A DNA stretch of 64,000 nucleotides from Somniosus microcephalus (Eukaryota): the NCBI GenBank assembly GCA_052327205.1, contig CM126222.1, positions 16,926,001 to 16,990,000 on the forward strand. Reading direction: 5' to 3'. This document shows positions 50,876 to 62,930 of this stretch, one piece after another. Positions within the stretch are counted from its first letter, which is position 1. Every line of letters begins with the position of its first letter. The translations under genes were made by a program, and so were the position numbers. The notes under the pieces were generated by a model that was not told the DNA's origin, made no database searches, and saw only the letters and a program-made list of their open reading frames with translations.

Positions 50876-51800
50876 ATGGTGCAGCCTGGTTTTATATAAG
50901 TTAACATTTGACAGAAAACCAAGATTTGGAAAGAGCACAATTTGGAATTGTACGGTTGGGTAACTGAGTTGAAGTGCTCATCTGGCAATTTCACAGGCAC
51001 CGTGTCATACTTTTAACTGGCATCCTAGTGACAGCTCTGCTGATGCTCAGCTCTGGGCTGAATGCACTTTTCTCTGGCTCTTTCATCCCACTTATAACTG
51101 CGTCTTCCCCAAATTCAGCAGCTCTGTGACTGTTGCAGCAGCTCTTGCCCAGGGCAGGAAACCTTTATGCAAATTATTGTGAATGGGAGTCCTGACCCAC
51201 GCTCAGTGCACAGCACTCGGCTGTACGTTAAAATTTAGGAGCCCAATAGAACACCCATGAATCCAGAGTTGCCCTACACACAAATAGTGCAATTCTGAGC
51301 GGACAGGGTTCACCTGCAGTGCAATCGTTGGGTTTCCTGCAACACAGGCTTTGCGGTTATCTGTAAAACCAAACCTGGCGACACCACCATGCATATCCTC
51401 ACTGCTTCCATCTAAGAGGCCAGCTCAGGCATTGCAACTTGAGATTTGTGTTTGAAATGGCATTGTGCTTAAACATCTGAACTGTATCCCGTGGGACAGT
51501 CCAAATGAAGCATACTTTAAGCAAAACCAGGTTACGTGCACACAATCCAAGTTTCTCATTATGACCAAAAAATGGTACCGCTCTGGGGAAACTTCCCGAG
51601 GACCGTCATCGCCACTCTGATCAGCAAGCAGTACACATCAGACAGGCAACATCCCAAAATTAAACAGTCTAGACGCAAGGTTAGCTCTATCTATTCATAT
51701 TTCCCAGTATTGCGAAGGTCTCAACAGTAACTTGCATTTATATAGAGCCTTTAATGTAGTAAAATGTCTAAAGGCACGTCACAGGAGCGTTATCAGACAA

Positions 51801-52575
51801 AGGCTGATAAGTGGCAGGTAACATTCGTGCCAGGCAATGACTATCTCCAACAAGCGAGAGTCTAAACACCGCCCCTTGACATTCAATGGCATTACCATCA
51901 CCGAATCCCCCATCAACATCCTGGGGGGTCACCATTGACCAGAAACTTAGCTGGACCAGCCACATAAATACTGTGGCAACAAGAGCAGGTCAGAGGCTGG
52001 GTATTCTGCAGCGACTGTCTCACTGCCTGACTCCCCAAAGCCTTTCCACCATCTACAAGGCACAAGTAAGGAGTGTGATGGAATACTCTCCACTTACCTG
52101 GATGAACGCAGCTCCAACACTCAAGGAGCTCGACACCATCCAGTACAAAGCAGCCCGCATGATTGGCACCCCATCCACCACCTTAAACATTCACTCCCTC
52201 CACGCACTGTGGCTGCAGCGTACACCATCTACAAGATGCACTGCAGCAACTCGCCAAGGCTTCTTCGGCAGCACCTCCCAAACCCGCGACCTCTTCCACC
52301 TAGAAGGACAAGGGCAGCAGGCACCTGGGAACACCACCGCCTCCAAGTTCCCCTCCAAGTCACACACCATCCTGACTTAGAAGTATATCGCCGACCCTTC
52401 ATCGTCGCTGGGTCAAAATCCTGGAACTCCCTCCCTAACAGCACTGTGAGAGTATCTTCACCACACGGACTGCAGCGGTTCACCACCACCTTCTCAAGGG
52501 CAACTAGGGATGGGCAATAAATGTTGGCCTTGCCAGCAACGCCCACATCCCATAAAAAAAACCAAATAAAATAAA
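51801..52575 (+). mobile_element. Family-B LINE, ~780-bp 3' portion
   Basis: ADKWQVTF...GVTIDQKLSWTSHINTVATRAGQRLGIL...; A-rich tail. Confidence 0.88.
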
Positions 52576-53279
52576 AATATTGACAGAGTCAAAGAAGGAG
52601 ATATTAGGTTGCCAATGGTGGAGTGAAGGAACTGGGGGATGGGCAAGAGGCCATGGAGGAACGCAGAGATCTTGGAAGGGTGTAGGGCTGGAGGAAGTTA
52701 GAGATAGGGAAAGGCAAGGCTATGGAGGGATTTGAGTATTTTAAAATTGAAGTGCTCGATGACTGGGAGTCAATGTCGGTCAGGAATCACAGGGGTGAAC
52801 AGGCCTTGGTGCGAGTCAGGATACGGGCAGCAGAGTTTTGGACGAGCGCAAGGAGGGTGGAAGATGAGAGAACAGCCAGCAGAACATTGTAATAGTCAAG
52901 TCTAGAGGTAACAAAAGCATGGATGAGGGCTCCAGCAGCAGATGGGCTGAGGAGGCGGCGGCGACGTGCGATATTACGGAGGTGGAAGCAGGTGGTCTTA
53001 GTAATGGAGAGGATATGGAGGCGGAAGCTTAGCTCAGGGTCAAATCAAACGCTGAGGATGCAAACAGTTTGGTTCAGCCTGAGACAGTCGCTGGGGAGCG
53101 TGATGGAATGGAGTTTATGATGGGGACCAAAGACAATGGTTTTGGTCTTTCCAATGTTTAATGGGAGGAAATTTTGGCAAATCCAGCACTGGATGTCGCA
53201 CAAGTTTGACAACACAGAGGCAGAGGAAGGCGCGAGAGAGAGAGACAGGTGGCGGTGAGGTAGAGCTGGGCGTCAACCA

Positions 53280-56200
53280 CCGTCAACGGATATGATATAA
53301 TTGGGATTACGGAGACATGGTTCCAGGGTGACCAAGACTGGGAATTCAACATCCAGGGGTATTCAATATTCAGGAAGGACAGGAAAAAAGGAAAAGGAGG
53401 TGGGGTAGCATTGCTGGTTAAAGAGGAGATTAACATAATAGTAAGGAAGGATATTAGCTCTGATGATGTGGAATCTGTATGGGCACAGCGGAGAAATACC
53501 AAGGGGCAGAAAACGTTAGTAGGAGTTGTATACAGACCCCCAAACAGTAATGCTGAGGTTGGGGATGGCGTTAAACGGGAAATTAGAGACACGTGCATTA
53601 AGGGCACAGCAGTTATCATGGGTGACTTTAATCTACATATAGATTGGGCTAACCAAATTAGTAACAATACTGTGGAGGAGGAATTCCTAGAGTGTATACG
53701 GGATGGTTTCCTGGACCAATATGTCGAGGAACCAACTAAAGATCAGGCCATCTTAGACTGGGTATTATGTAATGAGAAAGTATTAATTAGCAATCTTGTG
53801 CGAGGCCCCTTGGGGAGGAGCGATCATAATATGATCGAATTCTTCATTAAAATGGAGAGTGAAGTAGTTGACTCAGACACTAGGGTCCTGAATTTAAATA
53901 AAGGAAACTACGATGGTATGAGGCACGAGTTCGCTAGGATGGATTGGGGAACGTTACTTAAAGGGTTGACAGTGGATAGGCAATGGCAAACATTTAAAGG
54001 TTGCATGGATGAACTACAGAATTTGTTCATCCCTGTTTGGCATAAAAATAAAACAAAAAAGGTGACTCAACCGTGGCTAACCAGGGAAATTAGGGATAGC
54101 ATAAGATCCAAGGAGAGGACATATAATTTGGCCAGAAAAAGCAGCAAATCTGAGGATTGGGAGCAGTTTAGGATTCAGCAAAGGAGGACAAAGGGATTAA
54201 TTAAGAGGGGGCAAATAGATTATGAGAGTAAGCTTGCAGGGAACATAAAAACTGACTGTAAAAGCTTCTATAGATATGTGAAGAGAAAAAGATTGGTGAA
54301 GTCAAGCGTAGGTCCCTTGCAGTCAGAATCAAGGGAATTTATAATGGGGAACAAAGAAATGGCAGACCAATTAAATACATACTTTGGTTCTGTCTTCACA
54401 GAGGAGGACACATAACCTCCCAGAGATGTCAGGGAACATAGGGTCTAATGAGAGGGAGGAATTGAGTGAAATCAGTATTTGTAGGGAAATGGTGTTAGGG
54501 AAATTGACGGGATTGAAGGCCGATAAATCCCCAGGGCCTGATAATCTACATCCTAGGGTACTTAAGGAAGTGGCACTAGAAATAGTAGATGCATTGATGG
54601 TCATCTTCCAAAATTCGATCGACTCTGGAACAGTTCCCATGGATTGGAGGATAGCTAATGTAACCCCACTATTTAAAAAGGGTGGTAGAGAGAAAACGGG
54701 GAATTATAGATCGGTAAGCCTGACATCGGTAGTGGGGAAAATGCTAGAGTCCATTATAAGAGATGTTATAGCAGAGCACTTGGAAAACAGTGACAGGATC
54801 GGATAAAGTCAACATGGATTTACAAAAAGGTAAATCATGCTTGACTAATCTACTGGAATTTTTTGAGGATGTAACTGGTAGAATAGATAAGGGAGAACCA
54901 GTGGATGTGGGGTATTTGGACTTTCAGAAGGCTTTCGATAAGGTCCCGCATAAGAGATTAGCGTGTAAAGTTAAAGCACATGGGATTGGGGGTAAGGTAC
55001 TGTCTTGGATAGAGAACTGGTTGGCAGACAGGAAGCAAAGAGTTGGAATAAACGGGTCTTTTTCTGAGTGGCAAGCAGTGACTAGTGCTAGGACCCCAGC
55101 TATTCACAATACAGGAAACTTTCTGGTATCCGGCACTGATGGGACCGAGCTGGTGCCGTTAGATCAAAACTGCTGTATAAACCAGCGCTAATGTTAAAAC
55201 AGAGCTTTTCAGGTCCGTGTGAATCAACAAACCCTGTTAAACAGTCGGCTGCAGCTGCAAGCGTCTCTAACTGAAGCTGTTGCTTAGCTACAGGCCTTGC
55301 AGAGCCTGACTGGGAAAAAAAAAGCAACAAGTAAATAAACTTACAAAAAACGGCTCTTGAATTTTGGTGGTAAATAGGACTTTTAACCTCTGGTTAAACG
55401 AAAAAGTTTATATATATATATATGAGCTAGACGAGGGAACTAGATGTAATATCTCCAAGTTTGCAGACGACACAAAGATGGGTGGGCGTGTGTGCTGTGA
55501 GGAGGATAGAGAGAAATTCCAGTACGATTTGGACAGGTTGGGTGATTATACTGCATTTGCCATGCATCTGCCCAATGTGGATAAATGCGAGGTTATCCAC
55601 TTCGGTGGTAAAAACAGGAAGACAGATTATTATCTGAACGGCAATAGATTGGGAAAAGGGGAAGTGCAACGAGACCTGGGTGTCCTTGTGCACCAGTCGC
55701 TGAAGGTAAGCATGCAGGTGCAGCAGGCGGTTAAGAAGGCAAATGGTATGTTGGCCTTCATAGCGAGGGGATTTGAGTACAGGAGCAAGGATGTCTTGCT
55801 GCAGTTGTACAGGGCCTTGGTGAGACCACACCTTGAGTATTGTGCGCAGTTTTGGTCGCCTTATCTGAGGAAGGATGTTCTTGCCATGGAGAGAGTGCAG
55901 CGAAGATTCACCAGACTGATACCTGGGATGGCAGGAATGACGTATGAGAGATTGGGTCGATTAGGCTTATATTCGCTAGAGTTTAGAAGAATGAGAGGGG
56001 ATCTCATTGAAACTTATAAAATTCTAACAGGACTAGACAGACTAGATGCAGGAAGTGTTCCCGACAGCGGGGTAGTCCAGAACCAGGGGTCACAGTCTAA
56101 GCCATTTCGGACTGAGATGAGGAGGAATTTCTTCACCCAAAGAGTGGTGAACCTGTGGAATTCTCTGCCACACAGGGCAACTGAGTCCAATTCATTAAAT

Positions 56201-56381
56201 ATATTCAAGAAGGAGTTGGATATATTTCTTGAGGCTAAAGGGATCAAAGGATATGGGGAGAAAGCAGGGACAGGGTACTGAATTTGGATGATCAGCCATG
56301 ATCTCATTAAATGGTGGAGTGGGCTCGAGGGGCTGAATGGCCTACTCCTGCTCCTATCTTCTAGGTTTCTATGTTTCTATG
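53280..56381 (+). mobile_element. CR1/HER1-like LINE ORF2 (APE plus RT), ~3.1 kb, frameshifted, interrupted by a MITE
   Basis: GITETW, GVVYRPP, MGDFNL and SDHNMI (APE); KSPGPD, DFQKAFDKVPH and KFADDTK (RT); (TTCTATG)n tail. Confidence 0.94.
55112..55412. mobile_element. Tc1/mariner MITE, inverted relative to 33989-34321, inserted at a TA in the CR1
   Basis: TA|CAGGAAACTTTCTGGTATCCGGCAC...; the right TIR is degenerate and runs into (TA)n; it splits the CR1 motif LFTI/YINDLDEG. Confidence 0.78.
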
Positions 56382-56727
56382 TAACCTGACGTCATGTTTT
56401 CGGATGATGTTGCCGAGGGGCAGCAAGTATACGAGAAATACCAGCTCGGTATCTACCCAAGTACTGAACAAACCATGTCTAATGGAAGTGAAGGAGCTTC
56501 ACCGCATTCTTCTTATTCAAGTTCCACCTGTCCACACATGGCAATACCAACAGCTTGTAGTTTAAGGTTCATGGTCAGGTTCTTCGCTCTATTTTCCAAT
56601 GCTCCATCTTAAAGGACAACTGATGTCACACAGCTTCAGCTCTTGTTCAAGTACAACACTAAACCCAATCTGACATAGGAACAACCACCTGGGGACAAGG
56701 GTGGGGAAGGAGATGAGAGACACCCAT

Positions 56728-57142
56728 CTGTTCCACTTCAGAGACTTGAGCATGCAATTCAGGCCGACGCTCCAGTGCAGCACTGAGGGAGTGCTACACT
56801 GTCAGTGATGTCGTCTTTTGGATGAGATGTTAAACCGAAACCCCGTCTGTCCTCTCAGGCGAACGTAGTGGATCCCATGGCACTATTTTGAAGAGGAGCA
56901 GGGATGTTCGTCCCAGAGTCCTGGCCACTATTTATCCCTCAACCAACAACATAAACAGAGTATCTTGTTATTATCACACTGCCGTTTGTGGCAGCTTGCT
57001 GTGCGCAAATTGGCTGCCGTGTTTCCTACATTACAACAGTGACTGCACTTCAAAAATAAAAAAAGTACTTCATTGGCTGTAAAGTGCTTTGGAACATCCT
57101 GAGGTCGTGAAAGACGCTATATAAATGCAAGTCTTCTTTTCT
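56728..57142 (+). mobile_element. Deu-SINE (SacSINE1-like), head truncated
   Basis: Deu core and tail AAAGACGCTATATAAATGCAAGTCTT. Confidence 0.85.
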
Positions 57143-57613
57143 TCAACAACATTTTTACTTCTTTATTCACATGCTCCAAATACTGGAACTGCCCTAACGG
57201 TTGCCACAACTGTACGTGTGGATGCACCTCTGAACGGTTAAATCAAACCGGGGAATGAGAGATTGAGAGAATACAAATACGAGAAAGGGCAAAGCAGATA
57301 CTGACATGGTCCACAGAGACAGACAGCCCCGTGGGGCTCCAGCACAACACCGAGGGTAGAAGGAGCGGTGGTAACTTGGTGAAGGAAGACAGCTCATCAA
57401 ATTGAAGTCAAATTAATAGACACAGACTTTCAAACTGCTGTGCAAAGGTTACTGCAAAATAAATCTGACAAATTTAAACAAGTTATATATACAGGAAGCA
57501 AAAAACAAACATGACAACCAGCAGGTGCAGCTCAAACATACGATCGACAGTACCCTGTAGTGAACTACACACTGCCAGAACAAGCCAGGAGTGGAATATT
57601 ACCAGAGCCATGG

Positions 57614-57827
57614 TGATGTAAATAGACTACTGAGCACTTGGTTTGAGTTTAAAACAAGGCTTTAATCAACTGTTTCACAAACATGAGATTCTAGTTACAT
57701 CACTAGTTCCTGGTTACAGAAACATCCTGAGCAAGCTGGGCCCACGCCCGAGTATTTATACTCCTTGGACGGCGCCACCAGCTGGCCGCCCAGTGTTACT
57801 TCATGAGTCATGATAAGATTCATGACA
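57614..57827 (-). mobile_element. Solo LTR, same family as 43391-43620
   Basis: TG...CA ends; flanks CATGG/CCTGG; reverse-complement homology including an identical 53-bp core. Confidence 0.75.
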
Positions 57828-58572
57828 CCTGGCATCTGCAACCTTTTCGAAGTGATAAGCTGTTAGCATTCCATTTAATAGTCGAATCTCTGATAAAACA
57901 CTGCCCTGACAGCACCAGAGCAGAGAGCGGCAATAGTTGAGATATGGAGAATCTCTTTCCCACCACCAGTAACCCTTCCCAGATAACTTCCAGGTACAGT
58001 TTAAACACTGAGAAAACATAAAATCTGGTTCATTTTTCCTGACACTTGATCAATGTGAATCTAAGTCACCAAGGTATCTTGGCCAATGCATGACCCTTTG
58101 TGCATCTACACTAGTGAGCGACCGAATAATGCAAACCCACCGATTCCTAAGCTTCAAACGAAGCTGCTTGCCTGGCGCGGTTTACTGGTAAACACTTCAG
58201 GATGGTCACATTGTTGTGTTTATCTGTAAACATCGGTGATTATAGAGATACCAGTATCGGTCACTTCCGAACGGTTTGGATGGGATTTGACACGGGAGCG
58301 CATATTACTGCGACATCCAGGAGGAAGGCACGACATTCTTCCAGCAGAGGGGCTGGAAACCAGCCCACTGGGGGTGCGAGGAAAGTCATTTTGGAAAAGT
58401 AGAAAATTCAATATGTACAAGTTTTCCACGATTTAAGTGCTGCTCTTGGTCAACCACGGAAAATAGCAGGTGTCAAAATATTTCAAACCCCCCCCCCCCC
58501 CCCCCCCAAATATTGTGTATAAAAGCTACAGCAGAGTCTCACCCCGACAGCAAGTGAGTAACTAGTGAGTAA

Positions 58573-58997
58573 GATAGCAAAATACTGCGGATGCTGGAAA
58601 TTTGAAATAACAACAGAAAATGCTGGAAAAACTCAGCAGGCCAGGCAACATCCGTGGCGAGAGAAACAGAGTTAACGTTTCAGGTCGAAACCCGTCGTCA
58701 GGACTGAAAAAACACAGGAAATGAAACAGATTAAAAGGCCAGTTTGGGGGCTGGGAAATGGGGATGAAAACAAAAGAGAAGTGAAGAGACATTAAGAGGT
58801 ATTCAAAACCAGACGAGATGGTGACAGGACTAGTGGAGACAAAAGACGGCTCTAGATGAGGTGTGAAATGCGCTGGCAGAATGGGAGACAGCTGCCATGT
58901 GGGAGAGAAAAAAGGTGTGGATAAAAAATATGTAAAAATGTAATGGGGGCCGAGGTTATGATCTGAAATTGTTGAACTTTATATCAAGTCCGGAAGG
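58573..58997 (-). mobile_element. Penelope-like element 3' fragment with an 11-bp TSD
   Basis: The minus strand begins with the ORF end PSGLDIKFNNFRS* and finishes in a pLTR; flanked by CTAGTGAGTAA at 58562-58572 and 58998-59008. Confidence 0.8.
58670..58705 (-). ncRNA. Minimal type-I hammerhead ribozyme-like motif in the PLE pLTR
   Basis: AGTC-CTGACGA-C-GGGT-TTCG-ACCT-GAAA-CG-TT-AACT: CUGAnGA and GAAA core, UUCG-capped stem II, palindromic mini stem III, GUU triplet; stem I is imperfect. Confidence 0.6.
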
Positions 58998-59579
58998 CTA
59001 GTGAGTAACCCTGTCATTCAATCAGCTGGGGAAAGATTGGGTTACTGCTACGCTAAACTAGAAATGCTCCCTTAAATGTGGGCAACAAGCTGCTAAATAG
59101 TTTTTTTTTTTATAAAGTTAAAATTATAAAGGACAGTCAGATAGGTGGACTAGAGAAAACCTTGAATGCAGGGAATAACTGGTCAGATTAATGGACAGAA
59201 AACTGTGGCAGAGCGTGGAGCTCTGCACCAGGAGCACTGAAGATGAAAATGTAGTGCAGAGTTACAACCCGACCAAGTTGGAGCTCCATTCTGGGGACAG
59301 GAAGATCTCTTATTGACAACCTGCGTTTCCCAGAGCAAGTCCAGTAAGAGTTGCACTGAAGGCACTATATGAATGCAAGTTGTTGTTGCAGATGACCACA
59401 CTGCAGGCAGTGCCCAGAGGCGCAGCCCGACACTATTTTTATTTCTCACACCAGGGAAATTCCCTCCACAGCCATCTTCAGATATCGGGGAAAGCTGCCT
59501 GATCTGGGTGGAATTCTGGAGAGGCTCTGCGCTGTTCCCACTGGGAGCTGGGTTGCTGCTGAGCAAATCCGCTTTACTT

Positions 59580-59800
59580 AAAATGCCGTGCATTTATACA
59601 ACGCCGTTAGCCTGGCAAAAACGTCCCGAAGCACTTCACAGGAGTGCAATCGGACAAAACAACCGACACCAATCAAAGGAGGAGATATTAGGACAGGTGA
59701 TCAAAAGTTTAGTCAGAGGTAGCTTTTAAGGAAGAGAGGTGGAGAGGTTTATGGAGGGAACCCCAGAATTTAAGGCCTAGATGTCTAAAGACATGGCCGC
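59580..59800 (-). mobile_element. L2 3' end fragment
   Basis: GCATTTATACAACGCC...GGAGATATTAGGACAGGTGATCAAAAG...GGTAGCTTTTAAGG is the reverse complement of the L2 tail at 21800-22380. Confidence 0.65.
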
Positions 59801-60281
59801 CAATGGGGGGGCGGGCAAAGGAAGTCGGGGAAAAAGAATGCCCACCTTGGGAGCTCAGGTTTCAATGCAGCCCACAACAAGGGAATGAAAGGACAGAGTT
59901 CCAACCCACTGCACCACCCAAAAGCGAGATAGAAAATAACTGGGAAGATAAAGGTTTTAAATGCACTGAAGGCAAGCATTTCAATTCCCTCTAATGTTGC
60001 ATGACGCAGCAGCAGAGCCTCGCCGTGAAGGCTCGCAGTGACTGCACTATTTATATAAAAATGCAAATGTATTCTACGCGAGTGCTTTTCATGTTAATCG
60101 TCCTGTCCCGGGGGCCCGTCCCAGTCAAATGCAAAACCAAGAAAAACTTTCCTTTACGATCATTAAGTCGTCAGCCAGAGCTCCGTGGTAAGTGCGTCTG
60201 ACATTATCAGCCCAGTCAGCCAGTTTACAGCACTGTGCACAATCCAATGCCAGTTACAGCAGTCCTGGCACAAACATACTA

Positions 60282-60809
60282 CAGGAAACTCTCGTTTAAA
60301 CGGCACCTAAATATCCAGAATTCTCTATTAACTAGCAAAATTCATACTCCGAAAACACCACCTCAATAACCGGCAATGTTGCCGAGTCCGAGTCTCCCGC
60401 GGTGGCCGAGTTAGTCAGTGGGGGTAGTTCTCCAAACTGCCACTACTTGGCTTCTTGGCGCTGTCGGAAGTCGGAACACCTCAATCCCCCTGTAACAGGA
60501 GTCTGACTCTCCCGCGCTGCCGGTAGTCTCTTCTGATCCGCCATTTTACAGGGGTACTGTGTGTCTCCCACGCTGCTGGTAGTCACTGCATTGCATTACC
60601 CTCAACTGGCAGTACTGTACTTAATCAAGCATCTTCCACCATCCATTTAACACAACATTCTGTAGGTGAGTACCCAATTACTGTATACTGCACATTTCGA
60701 TTTTTTAATTTTTCTTAGCCTCGGTAGATAACCCTCCCAGTCATCCGGAATTTTTGATCAACCAGCAACATGCCGGTCCCGTCGGTGCCAGATACCAAAG
60801 AGTTTCCTG
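60282..60809. mobile_element. Tc1/mariner MITE, 528-bp variant with the same TIRs but a different interior
   Basis: TA|CAGGAAACTCTCG... and ...GGTCCCGTCGGTGCCAGATACCAAAGAGTTTCCTG|TA. Confidence 0.78.
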
Positions 60810-61217
60810 TACAACAAACCCTGCATGGACTCCTTGCTCTCCCCTCCCCCGCGGGGCCTGCACGGGGTTAGTAGAGTTCGGAGGCTGCCCGCCTCCTGCT
60901 TGACTGCTCAGATTATACACTGCCCGTGCTGAAAACAGACAGCAGCGACGCAGCATTCCTTCAATTTCAGTTCTCTTTCCTTTCCAAGTATTTAAAAATA
61001 TTAAATCCAGCTGAAAAAGTCAGAGGAAACCGCGAGTATCACTGGATGAAAACTGGGGAACATTCATAGTGACAACGAAACTCAAAGTCTCCTACACACT
61101 CACTCAATTAGGGAGCACCAGCCCTGTAATTGAGGCAAGTCAGCATTGTACTTTCTGACAATGGACTGCAAACAACTCACTCAGGTTTTGATTGTTCGAC
61201 AATTTCCACATCCCTTT

Positions 61218-61535
61218 ATATAGAATTACAGAAATTACAGCACGGAAGCAGGCCGCTCGGCCCAACCAGTCCGTGCTGGCGTTTATCCTCCGCCGGAGCA
61301 GTAATCCTAATCCCATGCTTCCACTCTGTCCCATATCCCTTTTTTTCCCTTTTCCTTCAACCACCTAACATGTTCTTAAATGTTAACATGGTCTCTGCTT
61401 CAATCACTAACTCTGGTAGTGCATCCCATAGCCTCAAGCCTCTGTGGAACAACTTTCTCCTGCTGTCTGTCCTAAACCCCTTGCATTTAATTTTTTATCT
61501 ATGTCCTCTCGCCCCAGACCATTCAATCACCATCA
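61218..61535 (-). mobile_element. Old CR1 3' fragment
   Basis: (TAGAAT)n tail on the + strand followed by a diverged CR1 3' UTR and ORF end. Confidence 0.6.
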
Positions 61536-62319
61536 ACAGCATGCGGGGAGGGGGGAAGACAAGGAAATGCCATTGTAAAATAACCTGGCACAATTAGTTT
61601 TCCATAAACCTGAATATAAAAAGCCTGTTTTTACAGGGCAGTCTATTCCTCTTTGTTCAAGAACGGATACCTCGAACCTTTGGGGTACATTTGGAAATAT
61701 TGCATTGGTTCAGGTATACTCTATATTGCATCACCAGGTAAGACATTGCCACTCCGCTGTACTGCAGGGCACTACTTTCGAACAAAGTTGAAGATGTTCA
61801 AATACTGAGAGACTTGGACTCGTACCCAGCAGACACCAGCCTTTCATGGGATCAGTCTGGATGAAGAATGCCTTTCAGCTCACTTGTATCCAAATGACGG
61901 CACCTGTGACAATGCAGCATTCCCTCCGTACTGCATTGATGTGTGGGTCTACATTATATGCGGGGCCAGAGCTTGAGCCTATAACCTACTTACCCAAAGG
62001 TGAAACTGAGCCACGCTCAGACTGAGGGGACAGGGCCCCGTCAGCTGGCTGCAAGAGTCCAAAGTGAAAGAAGTTTGTGCCGTGTCCATCTGACTCAGTG
62101 GGCCTACAGCACAAAACCATTCCCAACTCAGCTGGCACCAAATTGGAACTCCAAATCAGAGAGGCCACATCCAACCCTGACCCGAGGGTTGGGTGCCTGA
62201 AAGAGTTCCATTCCCCAGCAGTGACATTGCTCAACAAAATGACCAGAAAAATGAATCAGTACTTTAGGGAATAAGCTCATCAGAAGCGCACCAACAAGTA
62301 AAAACAGGAGACTTCATTT

Positions 62320-62930
62320 GAAAAACCAAAGCCATCGTCTTTGGTCCCCGCCACGAACTCCCTACACTTGCCACTGCTTCCATCCCCCTCCCTGGCCACT
62401 CTCAGGTTGAACCAGACTGTTTGCAAACTCAGCAACCTGTCTGACCCCAAGCCGAGTTCTCGACCCCATCTCCTCTCCATCACCAAGACCATAAATAGCG
62501 CCGGTCTCCACCCTTGCCTCAGCCCATCTCCCTCTGTCAGTTCATCCAATTCTCTATTTTTATTCCATTGCTTGCCCTCCTCCCCCAAAAGTACTGACTC
62601 TTGCTGTGGTTCAGTTCCAGATGCCAACAACCCTCTGGTAGCTCATCGAAGCGGCCATTCTGCATGGGTGGCCCTCGGCAGCGAGTGTTGGGAGGCTAGT
62701 CAACCATAGAAGACGTCACATTTGAACCCAATCATTTCCTCACTCAAATGTCCACATAGGTGCTCTTCCCAGCAGGGACTAGACAGCAACTGGGAAATGG
62801 AATACTGCCCGATTTCCCAGCCCTATCCCTGAGATATGATGGTCAACTGTAACGCACATCAGCCAACGGTGACATCAGCTAACTCAGCAGAGACAGGGGA
62901 TTGAACCTGGTACTTTCTGGTCTGTATTGC
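62320..62930. mobile_element. L2 fragment (+, ~62320-62530) followed by a family-C SINE (-, ~62600-62930)
   Basis: LRLNQTVCKL...HLLSITKT is L2; CAGCTAACTCAGCAGAGACAGGGGATTGAACCTGG is the SINE head on the reverse strand. Confidence 0.55.

Larger units (their letters stand above)
51725..56450 (-). mobile_element. L2 LINE 3' region, fragmented by three nested insertions
   Basis: Tail at 51725-51800; body at 52576-53278 (VDAQLYLT); continues after the CR1 at 56382-56450 (FLVYLLPLGNIIRKH). Confidence 0.78.

Noticed and set aside
50463-50938. Repetitive Cys/Trp/Tyr ORFs (also 46350-46999 and 36502-37036)
   Set aside because: Satellite translations.
57385-57415. Resemblance to the reverse complement of GRB2 first coding exon (AGCTCATC...TTGAAGTCA)
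   Set aside because: The spacing does not fit YDFKATADDEL and there is no frame or splice donor; chance match.
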